A stretch of 64,000 bases of DNA from Eledone cirrhosa (taxonomy: Eukaryota): contig OZ024743.1 of assembly GCA_964016885.1 (NCBI GenBank), positions 43,214,001-43,278,000 of the forward strand, given 5' to 3'. This document shows, piece by piece, positions 13,601 through 27,200 of this stretch (within the stretch, counting starts at the first letter, position 1; every line of letters starts with the position of its first letter). The position numbers and the translations under genes are program-made. The notes under the pieces were generated by a model. That model had not been told where the DNA came from. It worked only from the letters and a program-made list of their open reading frames with translations, and did no database searches.

Positions 13601-16600
13601 TTGTGATCATAGGCTATAATAAAATACATAGCTCTACCACATGGACCAAACGGCTTATTTGCTAAACTCTTCAAACAGTATGGAATTAATATATGTATAA
13701 AAGTAACAGCGATTAAACTAGCTTCGTCAATTCCATGAATCACAAACTCATACCACAAACAATGTTTGTAACAAATAACTTGCGTCAGATTCAGACAGTA
13801 GATATTTTGTAGAGATGTAAAACTCTGAAAGCTTTCCTAAGATGTAGAAAATGCTTTACAGTGTAATTCTAACCAAACATGCAATGTTTGATATCACACT
13901 TAAACAGTTTAAGGAACAATTTACAAATAGTTATACAATATCGGGCATTAGGGAATACTTGGTATGCATAAGATATTTCTAAAGGTAAAAAGCATCTGCC
14001 TTACAAATTATTTATGACAATTGCCCAGGCATATATCATGTATAAACTAAATGAGCAGGGATTTGAAAACAAAAGAAGGTTTTTCAACTACATATCAACA
14101 TTATGTATCAACAACATATATATGAACCAATCCAAGTGTCTCTGTGGACCTATAACACCAATTCTGCTTACTTCAGAGTCTGGTAAAGCCCATTCTGGCA
14201 ATGAAATGATGGAGTTTTAGAAATATTCTGCACCCGTAGAAGCCTCTATGATTCGAACTGATGGCCAGCCTATTTTTCGCTAAACCTTTCCCGATAGAAG
14301 CGATTTGAGATGTATCCTTCCGTCAATATTTCATCTAGGAGGACATATAATACTGACGGAAATATTGCTCGTTGAGAGATACAATTATTGTAAATTTACA
14401 TAATTTTCTTATATTATCTCAGAAAATTCTAAGTATTAAGCACATCAAGTATCATGGATAGATACGTTGGGGAGGATGGATCGGGGTTGTAGAGCTTTAC
14501 ATATTTAAAGGATTTCGAAAATACATTAATTGATGGCTTTGGAAAACAAATAAATTTGAAATAAACACTGATATGTTGAATATAAAAAGATATATGATTA
14601 AATATAAAGATTTATTATTAATTCCTGAATTATTCAAATTTCACACCCCAACAAACAAACAAAACACAAAAACAATCATATCCGGGCATGTGTTTGTGTG
14701 CGTGCGTGCTGTTTTTATTGTGTTGGTGTGAGTGAGTGGGTATCAATAAGGATTTCACACGTATGCGTAATTCGCATATTATTATGAATATGTTTAGGTC
14801 CACTTTTCTTTTATCAAACAAAATGATCAAGGTACAACCACAAGGGAAATATGATTCCTCATTCAATTAAAGCCATTTGGCGTGTACATCAACATTTACC
14901 TTTCTCAGAAGTAACCTATTATTAATATATCTATAGCTCATATTTATCTGTCATGCATATAGTGAATTGGAGCGGGAGATTTGTAAAATGTTTCAGCTAC
15001 ATATTAGAAGATAAGTAATTCATGCGATGAGGGAGGTTTGTTATGCTCACACAAGTATACTGTTTAAATAAACATGTCAATATATAGATTGTTGGGGTGG
15101 TTATTAAGTATATGGAGGACAATTGGCGTAAGTCATTTAGTAATTGAAAGATAATTTGTTGTATTCTTTTGTCCGAAAGTAATTTCGTACAAACTCTTTA
15201 GATTCAATAACATTTTTATCATGGTTGAAATTGAATTTCGATAGATTAGATCTATTTCCATATCATTGTGTCAATAATGTCCTCTGAAACGCGTAACAAC
15301 CTTCAGATTTCCATATCATTCTACATTTTCCCTTACAATGGTTGAAACAGTGCCACATATCATAAACAGATTTTAATATTTTGACAGAAAGTTGGCTCTA
15401 TAAACACAATTCTCTATTGACCTGTTAGACAAAAATAAAAATCTAATTTTATAGTAAATTATCAGTAGGCTGAATGCCTGCCATTATATCTAACATATTT
15501 CAAACAATTGCATATAGGCGTACAGTGGTTTATTAATAGCAATGCAGTTTATTTCAATGTGTTTAACAGGAGTTCCAGAGAGAAAAACAGACGCCCGAAG
15601 CAAACATGCATTTTATGATGGCTGATCACCGATTGGAAATTTAAAGCAAAAAGGTTACCTACATTATGAATACACTGTATATTGCGTCATTCCATTTGCC
15701 TCTAAATTCCATTTATAAAATTACCTTTATCTGATGCAGAAATACATTAGGGATATACAAAGTACTTGAAACACCCGAAAACATCTTATGAATGTATTGT
15801 GAACTAGTTCTTACAGAATAAGAGTTCAGTGGAATTTCATTAAAATCCTGCGATATCATATTTTACAGGTTATTCAGCATATTACTTTCATTACACTAAT
15901 ATTTCCCATTTCATTTGCTTGAAGGTAAGATTCATCCGAATAATACACATTCGAATGATTGAATGTTTGAAATGTTCATTTTATATGTTCTGCTTCAATC
16001 GTATTTTTCACTGCAACATTTTATCAATTTATCAATTCTACTTTACTAAACATATATTTAACAATTGCACCTGATTCTGAACTGTGTAAGGATATTTTGT
16101 TAATATAAAATCATAGTAAAGACAACAGTTTTTTTTATTTTTCTAACATTCATTAAAATGAATTTCAAATAGGAAAAAAGGCACATAAATTAGATTTATG
16201 TCTCTTTGCAGGAAATCTTCTGAACATATCTGAATCCTTTGAATTGAAATACTTCGAATATATGTTTGTGTGTGCGTGTGCGTGTGTGTGTCTGTGTATG
16301 TGTTTGTGTGTGTGTGGGGGGGGGGGGTGTCTCCGTGTGTGTAACTATTAACGTAAGTATCGTCGTGAGACTTATATACATATGCACATTTACTTTTCTT
16401 GTTATAAAAATGGTAGATATTCCTGCTATATTGGTTGATCAAATGCAACGTGACCCTAAACAAACAAATATTGCAATAATATAAATAATGTTCAGCAACA
16501 CGCATGAGCATTTGCAGCAAATATTGGTTAGTCTTAACTACTCAAACAACTGAACAAGCTAAAACATCAAGCTAGTTAACCCACACGAACCCAGCCGCCG

Positions 16601-16603
16601 GGT

Positions 16604-16704
<101 letters not shown>

Positions 16705-16899
16705 CTGATAGGGTGTGGTAACAAAACAGGTAGACCATATCCAACAAGATTACTAGATGCTTCGGGTTGTAAAGTGAGTAATGTGAAAAAGGCTCAGGAC
16801 AAACAAATAGGAAAACAAGTGACAGTACGATCAAATAAGTGGATAATTGTTTAAACACCTAAACGACAAATCCACAGATAAGGCACTGATTATATGATT

Positions 16900-17020
16900 G
16901 ATTTGACTAGGTTTCTCTATATAAATGATTCAGCCATTTCACTACCTTAGAATGGAACTTTCTTAATCCTGAGAGGGTGAAAGACAAACCTGACCTCGTG
17001 CTGATTTGAAATCAGAACCT
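16900..17020 (-). mobile_element. Degenerate SINE fragment
   Basis: aatcctgagagggtgaaagacaaacctgacctcg..atttgaaatcagaac resembles the SINE core. Confidence 0.45.
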
Positions 17021-17819
17021 AATGAATTCAATGTTCAGAAATTTCTCTCAATTTGAAGATAGATAATGACATTAAAAAAATTGTATTTTGCTAAAGTGTC
17101 GATATTTGATGATATGACAATATGCTAAACATAATTAGGTCAGAATTACGGCGCTAAGCGTTTTATTATTATTATTATTAAATGCCCATAACGATATGAA
17201 AATATAACAACATTTATAACAACATTCAAGTACCTTATAGAATAATTAGACGGTGATAACTTGTTTACGCTGCTAAAGATAAAATTGGTGGACAGATTAA
17301 TGAAGAGTCCATAGAACGGAAGAACGAATTAATATCCAACAAGCTATATCGAATAAAAACATTATTGAATTAAACCAAATTAAGATAGCACTACTAAAAT
17401 CGATTTTTGTATAGCCCTCCATTTAAAGTCGCCCAAGTGCAATAATAGTCATGTGATTCCTCAGTAACTACATGTATAGGTCTGTGGAGAGTTTGTAAGG
17501 CCATTGAGATGGTTTCATTAAGTCTAATTGTTCCAGTTTTAGTAATTTCATACATGCAAACATTACTACATAAAACATACTTCGAATGTCTATTGTTTTA
17601 CAATATTCTGATTAATAAAGCTGTGCAACACCAGTTTGATTATATCGCAAAATATATAATTCATTTGACACGGATAACTAAAATAATCAAAATACTTTCA
17701 CAAAAAGAAATATGTATCTAATTATTTCTAAATTTACGGACAAACACGCATACATTAACTCATATACATACATATGTCCATACACGCACACACATAAGCA
17801 TATATATACCTACTCACAC

Positions 17820-18080
17820 AGGGTTAGAGCGTACAATCATGAAGTTGTGAGTTCGTATCAGGGACTCGGCAGCACATTTTGTTCTTGAGCATTATGTCAA
17901 GTTGTTTCGAACCTTACCTTTATCCTTGGTTAACATCAATAAGGGGGAGGGGGAGTCTGGTATGCATGGGTGACTGGTGGTCTTCCACAAAATCTAAACC
18001 AACTAAGCTTTTACATCGAATGGGAACCTTTTATGTGCTAAAACTACTTTCATTCGTGCCCGGATGGGAGCTTTACCATG
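17820..18080 (+). mobile_element. Second, degenerate tRNA-derived SINE
   Basis: ggttagagcg (A-box-like), gtgagttcgtatc (B-box-like), gttcttgagc. Confidence 0.4.
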
Positions 18081-18083
18081 TAT

Positions 18084-18114
<31 letters not shown>

Positions 18115-18616
18115 AAAGACTGCTGGAATTTCAAATTTGGCGGTCATTCGATGCGTGAAGGAGCAGCTTAGCAGACACGATTTTTAACTGCGGTAAGAAT
18201 TTTTTTCTTATATCAAAGTTTAATGGGCTTCCACTGAAGATTTATAAGTGCCCACCTAAATATATTCTTACATGAATATATGTTAGGCTTCTACATAAAC
18301 TGGAAACATTCTCCCAATTTGTAGAAAACTTATAATGAAACAATTGTTTGGAAAGAGAGATATATTTTAACTTTAATTATATCTCATAAAATAATACAAC
18401 TGGCTTTCCACAAAATACATATAGTTAGCACTCCAAACACTTAAATTGGGTTTATACTAACATATAACCTAATGTTTGTTGAGTGAGATGGTTACCAGTC
18501 GGAGTTTAGCTTTAAGCTATCTCTGTTATTGTATTAAATATATATATATATATATTATTATATGTATATCTTGTGCCAAAAGTAGAAACAATTATATGTA
18601 TATATATATATAAATA

Positions 18617-18646
<30 letters not shown>

Positions 18647-18647
<1 letters not shown>

Positions 18648-18971
18648 TATTTCTAAATCTTAATAAATATAGACATTCATGTGATCAAATATATTTTATT
18701 ATATATATTTCAGAGGTACCGAGGTGTTTCATCAGTACGTCCTCATCAGATAAAATAAATTGATATCTGACATACCTCAACTCTGCTGATGTTTCAATTC
18801 CAGTTTTGGTAGTCAACCATTGAACCATCAGCACAATTGAGGTATGTCAGACAACAATTTATTTTATCTGATGAGGACGTTCTGATGAAACAGCTCATTA
18901 CCTCTGAAATATATATAATAAAATATATTTGATCACATGAATATCTATATTTATTAATATTTTGAAATAAT
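18647..18971. repeat. Fold-back element (~155 bp arms) with a CUGAUGA..GAAAC hammerhead-like motif on each strand
   Basis: tttcatcagtacgtcctcatcagataaaat and attttatctgatgaggacgttctgatgaaac; arms are imperfect; (TA)n flanks. Confidence 0.85.
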
Positions 18972-19064
18972 ATTAATAATTCCAGAAAACCTTGGTTGAA
19001 GGCTTCTAATGTATTTTAAAACTATATTCATTGATTAATCAATGAACCTTGTTAAACTTTTGGT

Positions 19065-19102
<38 letters not shown>

Positions 19103-19269
19103 ATTAGTACGTCTACCAACATATGCGTACAGATGTACACTAATGCTAGCAAATATATAAGTTATGTCAAAGTACCTAGGTGGTTCTATGCAGGGGATGC
19201 AGAACAATTATATGAAAGACGTAAAATGAGAAAATTTTAAAAATTAAAAATTAACTTACTAAAATTTTC

Positions 19270-19351
19270 ACTCCAACTAATTAGTTTCTGTAATGGGATA
19301 AATATAGTTACACAATATAACTATCGAGAATTCATTACGTCATCAGGGAGT
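19270..19351 (-). ncRNA. Type I hammerhead ribozyme motif
   Basis: ACUCC-CUGAUGA-cGUAAUG..CAUUACa-GAAAC-UAAUUA-GUU-GGAGU, with palindromic stem III. Confidence 0.75.
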
Positions 19352-20633
19352 CTATTCTCAGCTAAGTTCCCAGGCAATGCGCGGACACTAGGAACCCATA
19401 TAAAAATAATAATTCAGTGGATGGAATAAGCTAGCGAGGACTAAATTCCAGAGCACTGAAAAAGTTCACTGCATCTGGTCAGTGGCAGATTCTAAAGAAT
19501 CAATAACGTGACACTGAGGTTAGTCAGTTAGGAGTGGGGTGGTATCTACTACTATGAATTAGCAGTAGATTTGGCAAGTTTGCTCAACAAATAATTTGGA
19601 GATAAATATAGAGAATTAGTACATCTACCAACATATGCGTACAGATGTACACTAATGCTAGCAAATATATAAGTTATGTCAAAGTACCTAGGTGGTTCTA
19701 TGCAGGGGGATGCAGAACAATTTTATGAAAGACGTAAAATAAGAAAATTTCAAAAATTAAAAATAAACTTACTTACTAAAATTTTCACTCCAACTAATTA
19801 GTTTCTGTAATGGGATAAATATAGTTACACAATATAACTATCGAGAATTCATTACGTCATCTGGGAGTCTATTTTCAGCTAAGTTCCCAGGCAATGCGCG
19901 GACACCCATATACAAATAATAATACAGTGGATGGAATAAGCTAGCGAGGACTAAATACCAGAGCACTGAAAAAGTTCACTGCCTCTGGTCAGTGGCAAAT
20001 TCTAAAGAATCAATCACGTGACACTGAGGTTAGTCAGTTAGGAGTAGGGTGGTATTATGACAAGAGCCTACTACTACTACTATGAATTAGCAGTAGATTT
20101 GGCAAGTTTGATGACGTAATGCATTCTCGATAGTTATATTGTGTAACTATATTTATCCCATTACAAAAACTAATTAGTTGGAGTGAAAATTTTAGTAAGT
20201 TAATTTTTAATTTTTAAAATTTTCTTATTTTACGTCTTTCATATAATTGTTCTGCATCCCCCTGCATAGAACCACCTAGGTACTTTGACATAACTTATAT
20301 ATTTGCTAGCATTAGTGTACATCTGTACGCATATGTTGGTAGATGTACTAATTCTCTATATTTATCTCCAAATTATTTGTTGAGCAAACTTGCCAAATCT
20401 ACTGCTAATTCATAGTAGTAGTAGTAGGCTCTTGTCATAATACCACCCCACTCCTAACTGACTAGCCTCAGTGTCACGTGATTGATTCTTCAGAATCTGC
20501 CACTGACCAGAGGCAGTGAACTTTTTCAGTGCTCTGGAATTTAATCCTCGCTAGCTTATTCCATCCACTGAATTATTATTTTTATATGGGTTCCTAGTGT
20601 CCGCGCATTGCCTGGGAACTTAGCTGAGAATAG

Positions 20634-20715
20634 ACTCCCTGATGACGTAATGAATTCTCGATAGTTATATTGTGTAACTATATTTATCCCGTTACAGAAA
20701 CTAATTAGTTGGAGT
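20634..20715 (+). ncRNA. Type I hammerhead ribozyme motif
   Basis: actcc ctgatga cgtaatg..cgttaca gaaac taatta gtt ggagt. Confidence 0.75.
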
Positions 20716-20810
20716 GAAAATTTTAGTAAGTTAATTTTTAATTTTTAAAATGTTCTTATTTTACGTCTTTCATATATATATATATGTGTGTGTGTGTGTG
20801 TATGTGTGTG

Positions 20811-20856
<46 letters not shown>

Positions 20857-21167
20857 GATAGAGAGGGGAGGGAGAAAGAGAGAGAAGGGGAGAGAAATAT
20901 ACAAAATTATTATTTGAAACACCACATTCTAGATGACAGGGAATAACATTTACTGCGTAACACGTAAGCGAGTTTCACCGTATGGATTATATATCATACC
21001 ATTTCATATATTATATCATATATATTATATATCTGTTTATTTTAATCAAATTAACTCTCATCCAACAAGTTAAACAATAATATAGAGTTACAACAAATTT
21101 TTAAAAAGTGGAATGCGAATTTGTGGACATGTTGGGATATATAAAAGGAAAGTCAGAATAGATTGAT

Positions 21168-21217
<50 letters not shown>

Positions 21218-21221
<4 letters not shown>

Positions 21222-24200
21222 ATAAAATATAGAGAAAAATACTGCTGGTAGCGCATGGATAACATGTAATAAAATGAGTCCCTCATTGCCGACGATCATA
21301 GATATTTCATTGCATTAAAAATCATATACCTCACGTCGGTGCAATAATAACCAAAATAAGTTATTAGGACAATTGAAACGCGTAAAGCGATGAGACAGAA
21401 GAACAACAAAGAGTATAGCTAAGCGTAGGGGAAGGAAACAAGCTTCGAAAATTATTCTGTTTAGCATAAGCTAGGTGAATATATGAGCGCTTTAGAAAAA
21501 AGACCTGACACGAACGATGGCCATGTGAGAAGAGAGAAAAATAGCCTTCGTGGTGTACAGGATGAAATGAAGAGAGGAGAAACAGTGAGTGAGTGAAAGT
21601 GTGAGGAAGAGTTAACTGACATGACAGAGGGGGCGAAAGAAGGTAGGAGAAACAGAGAGAATGCGGGAGCAGTAAGAGAGAGAGAAAAGAACACAGAATC
21701 GCAGTTTGGGTAAATATATGTAATAAAATATAGAGAAAAATACTGCAGGTAGCGCATGGATAACATGTAATAAAATGAGTCCCTCATCAGTGATTTGCCG
21801 ACGATCATAGATATTTCATTGCATTAAAAATCATATACCTCACGTCGGTGCAATAATAACCAAAATAAGTTATTAGGACAATTGAAACGCGTAAAGCGAG
21901 TGAGACAGGAGAACAACAAAGACTATAGCTAACCGTAGGGGAAGGAAACAAGCTTCAAAATTATTCTGTTTAGCATAAGCTAGGTGAATATATGAGCGCT
22001 TTAGAAAAAAGACTTGACACGAACGATGGCCATGTGAGAAGAGAGAAAAATAGCCTTCGTGGTGTACAGGATGAAATGAAGAGAGGAGAAACAGTGAGTG
22101 AGTGAAAGTGTGAGGAAGAGTTAACTGACATGACAGAGGGGGCGAAAGAAGGTAGGAGAAACAGAGAGAATGCGGGAGCAGTAAGAGAGAGAGAGAAAAG
22201 AACACAGAATCGCAGTTTGGGTAAATATATGTAATAAATTATAGAGAAAAATACTGCAGGTAGCGCATGGATAACATTTAATAAAATGAGTCCCTCATCA
22301 GTGATTTGCCGACGATCATAGATATTTCATTGCATTAAAAATCATATACCTCACGTCGGTGCAATAATAACCAAAATAAGTTATTAGGACAATTGAAACG
22401 CGTAAAGCGAGTGAGACAGGAGAACAACAAAGACTATAGCTAACCGTAGGGGAAAGAAACAAGCTTCAAAATTATTCTGTTTAGCATAAGCTAGGTGAAT
22501 ATATGAGCGCTTTAGAAAAAAGACCTGACACGAACGATGGCCATGTGAGAAGAGAGAAAAATAGCCTTCGTGGTGTACAGGATGAAATGAAGAGAGGAGA
22601 AACAGTGAGTGAGTGAAAGTGTGAGGAAGAGTTAACTGACATGACAGAGGGGGCGAAAGAAGGTAGGAGAAACAGAGAGAATGGGGGAGCAGTAAGAGAG
22701 AGAGAGAAAAAAACACAGAATCGCAGTTTGGGTAAATATATGTAATAAAATATAGAGAAAAATACTGCTGGTAGCGCATGGATAACATGTAATAAAATGA
22801 GTCCCTCATCATTGATTTGCCGCCGATCATAGATATTTCATTGTATTAAAAATCATATACCTCACGTCGGTGCAATAATAACCAAAATAAGTTATTAGGA
22901 CAATTGAAACGCGTAAAGCGAGTGAGACAGGAGAACAACAAAGACTATAGCTAACCGTAGGGGAAAGAAACAAGCTTCAAAATTATTCTGTTTAGCATAA
23001 GCTAGGTGAATATATGAGCGCTTTAGAAAAAAGACCTGACACGAACGATGGCCATGTGAGAAGAGAGAAAAATGGGCTTCGTGGTGTACAGGTTGAAATG
23101 AAGAGAGGAGAAACAGTGAGTGAGTGAAAGTGTGAAGAAGAGTTAACTGACATGACAGAGGAGGCGATAGAAGGTAGGAGAAACAGAGAGAATGGGGGAG
23201 CAGTAAGAGAGAGAGAGAAAAAAACACCGAATCGCAGTTTGGGTAAATATATGTAATAAAATATAGAGAAAAATACTGCAGGTAGCGCATGGATAACATG
23301 TAATAAAATGAGTCCCTCATCAGTGATTTGCCGACGATCATAGATATTTCATTGCATTAAATATCATATACCTCACGTCGGTGCAATAATAACCAAAATA
23401 AGTTATTAGGACAATTGAAACGCGTAAAGCGATGAGACAGAAGAACAACAAAGAGTATAGCTAAGCGTAGGGGAAGGAAACAAGCTTCAAAATTATTCTG
23501 TTTAGCATAAGCTAGGTGAATATATGAGCGCTTTAGAAAAAAGACCTGACACGAACGATGGCCATGTGAGAAGAGAGAAAAATAGCCTTCGTGGTGTACA
23601 GGATGAAATGAAGAGAGGAGAAACAGTGATTGAGTGAAAGTGTGAGGAAGAGTTAACTGACATGACAGAGGGGGCGAAAGAAGGTAGGAGAAACAGAGAG
23701 AATGCGGGAGCAGTAAGAGAGAGAGAGAAAAGAACACAGAATCGCAGTTTGGGTAAATATATGTAATAAAATATAGAGAAAAATACTGCAGGTAGCGCAT
23801 GGATAACATGTAATAAAATGAGACCCTCATCAGTGATTTGCCGACGATCATAGATATTTCATTGCATTAAAAATCATATACCTCACGTCGGTGCAATAAT
23901 AACCAAAATAAGTTATTAGGACAATTGAAACGCGTAAAGCGAGTGAGACAGGAGAACAACAAAGACTATAGCTAACCGTAGGGGAAGGAAACAAGCTTCA
24001 AAATTATTCTGTTTAGCATAAGCTAGGTGAATATATGAGCGCTTTAGAAAAAAGACTTGACACGAACGATGGCCATGTGAGAAGAGAGAAAAATAGCCTT
24101 CGTGGTGTACAGGATGAAATGAAGAGAGGAGAAACAGTGAGTGAGTGAAAGTGTGAGGAAGAGTTAACTGACATGACAGAGGGGGCGAAAGAAGGTAGGA

Positions 24201-27200
24201 GAAACAGAGAGAATGCGGGAGCAGTAAGAGAGAGAGAGAAAAGAACACAGAATCGCAGTTTGGGTAAATATATGTAATAAATTATAGAGAAAAATACTGC
24301 AGGTAGCGCATGGATAACATTTAATAAAATGAGTCCCTCATCAGTGATTTGCCGACGATCATAGATATTTCATTGCATTAAAAATCATATACCTCACGTC
24401 GGTGCAATAATAACCAAAATAAGTTATTAGGACAATTGAAACGCGTAAAGCGAGTGAGACAGGAGAACAACAAAGACTATAGCTAACCGTAGGGGAAAGA
24501 AACAAGCTTCAAAATTATTCTGTTTAGCATAAGCTAGGTGAATATATGAGCGCTTTAGAAAAAAGACCTGACACGAACGATGGCCATGTGAGAAGAGAGA
24601 AAAATAGCCTTCGTGGTGTACAGGATGAAATGAAGAGAGGAGAAACAGTGAGTGAGTGAAAGTGTGAGGAAGAGTTAACTGACATGACAGAGGGGGCGAA
24701 AGAAGGTAGGAGAACCAGAGAGAATGGGGGAGCAGTAAGAGAGAGAGAGAAAAAAACACAGAATCGCAGTTTGGGTAAATATATGTAATAAAATATAAAG
24801 AAAAATACTGCTGGTAGCGCATGGATAACATGTAATAAAATGAGTCCCTCATCATTGATTTGCCGCCGATCATAGATATTTCATTGTATTAAAAATCATA
24901 TACCTCACGTCGGTGCAATAATAACCAAAATAAGTTATTAGGACAATTGAAACGCGTAAAGCGAGTGAGACAGGAGAACAACAAAGACTATAGCTAACCG
25001 TAGGGGAAAGAAACAAGCTTCAAAATTATTCTGTTTAGCATAAGCTAGGTGAATATATGAGCGCTTTAGAAAAAAGACCTGACACGAACGATGGCCATGT
25101 GAGAAGAGAGAAAAATGGGCTTCGTGGTGTACAGGTTGAAATGAAGAGAGGAGAAACAGTGAGTGAGTGAAAGTGTGAAGAAGAGTTAACTGACATGACA
25201 GAGGAGGCGAGAGAAGGTAGGAGAAACAGAGAGAATGGGGGAGCAGTAAGAGAGAGAGAGAAAAAAACACCGAATCGCAGTTTGGGTAAATATATGTAAT
25301 AAAATATAGAGAAAAATACTGCAGGTAGCGCATGGATAACATGTAATAAAATGAGTCCCTCATCAGTGATTTGCCGACGATCATAGATATTTCATTGCAT
25401 TAAAAATCATATACCTCACGTCGGTGCAATAATAACCAAAATAAGTTATTAGGACAATTGAAACGCGTAAAGCGATGAGACAGAAGAACAACAAAGAGTA
25501 TAGCTAAGCGTAGGGGAAGGAAACAAGCTTCAAAATTATTCTGTTTAGCATAAGCTAGGTGAATATATGAGCGCTTTAGAAAAAAGACCTGACACGAACG
25601 ATGGCCATGTGAGAAGAGAGAAAAATAGCCTTCGTGGTGTACAGGATGAAATGAAGAGAGGAGAAACAGTGATTGAGTGAAAGTGTGAGGAAGAGTTAAC
25701 TGACATGACAGAGGGGGCGAAAGAAGGTAGGAGAAACAGAGAGAATGCGGGAGCAGTAAGAGAGAGAGAGAAAAGAACACAGAATCGCAGTTTGGGTAAA
25801 TATATGTAATAAAATATAGAGAAAAATACTGCAGGTAGCGCATGGATAACATGTAATAAAATGAGTCCCTCATCAGTGATTTGCCGACGATCATAGATAT
25901 TTCATTGCATTAAAAATCATATACCTCACGTCGGTGCAATAATAACCAAAATAAGTTATTAGGACAATTGAAACGCGTAAAGCGAGTGAGACAGGAGAAC
26001 AACAAAGACTATAGCTAACCGTAGGGGAAGGAAACAAGCTTCAAAATTATTCTGTTTAGCATAAGCTAGGTGAATATATGAGCGCTTTAGAAAAAAGACT
26101 TGACACGAACGATGGCCATGTGAGAAGAGAGAAAAATAGCCTTCGTGGTGTACAGGATGAAATGAAGAGAGGAGAAACAGTGAGTGAGTGAAAGTGTGAG
26201 GAAGAGTTAACTGACATGACAGAGGGGGCGAAAGAAGGTAGGAGAAACAGAGAGAATGCGGGAGCAGTAAGAGAGAGAGAGAAAAGAACACAGAATCGCA
26301 GTTTGGGTAAATATATGTAATAAATTATAGAGAAAAATACTGCAGGTAGCGCATGGATAACATTTAATAAAATGAGTCCCTCATCAGTGATTTGCCGACG
26401 ATCATAGATATTTCATTGCATTAAAAATCATATACCTCACGTCGGTGCAATAATAACCAAAATAAGTTATTAGGACAATTGAAACGCGTAAAGCGAGTGA
26501 GACAGGAGAACAACAAAGACTATAGCTAACCGTAGGGGAAAGAAACAAGCTTCAAAATTATTCTGTTTAGCATAAGCTAGGTGAATATATGAGCGCTTTA
26601 GAAAAAAGACCTGACACGAACGATGGCCATGTGAGAAGAGAGAAAAATAGCCTTCGTGGTGTACAGGATGAAATGAAGAGAGGAGAAACAGTGAGTGAGT
26701 GAAAGTGTGAGGAAGAGTTAACTGACATGACAGAGGGGGCGAAAGAAGGTAGGAGAAACAGAGAGAATGGGGGAGCAGTAAGAGAGAGAGAGAAAAAAAC
26801 ACAGAATCGCAGTTTGGGTAAATATAAGTAATAAAATATAGAGAAAAATACTGCTGGTAGCGCATGGATAACATGTAATAAAATGAGTCCCTCATCATTG
26901 ATTTGCCGACGATCATAGATATTTCATTGTATTAAAAATCATATACCTCACGTCGGTGCAATAATAACCAAAATAAGTTATTAGGACAATTGAAACGCGT
27001 AAAGCGAGTGAGACAGGAGAACAACAAAGACTATAGCTAACCGTAGGGGAAAGAAACAAGCTTCAAAATTATTCTGTTTAGCATAAGCTAGGTGAATATA
27101 TGAGCGCTTTAGAAAAAAGACCTGACACGAACGATGGCCATGTGAGAAGAGAGAAAAATGGGCTTCGTGGTGTACAGGTTGAAATGAAGAGAGGAGAAAC

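Larger units (their letters stand above)
19101..20775. mobile_element. ORF-less ~512-530 bp hammerhead-bearing unit: two direct copies followed by an inverted ~1.25 copy (retrozyme-like)
   Basis: gaattagtac at 19101 and 19613, inversion at ~20110, microsatellite flanks. Confidence 0.85.

Noticed and set aside
15869-15924. Candidate 56-nt exon (ttttacag..AAG|gtaaga)
   Set aside because: The splice signals alone are not enough, and the only open frame has no recognisable similarity.
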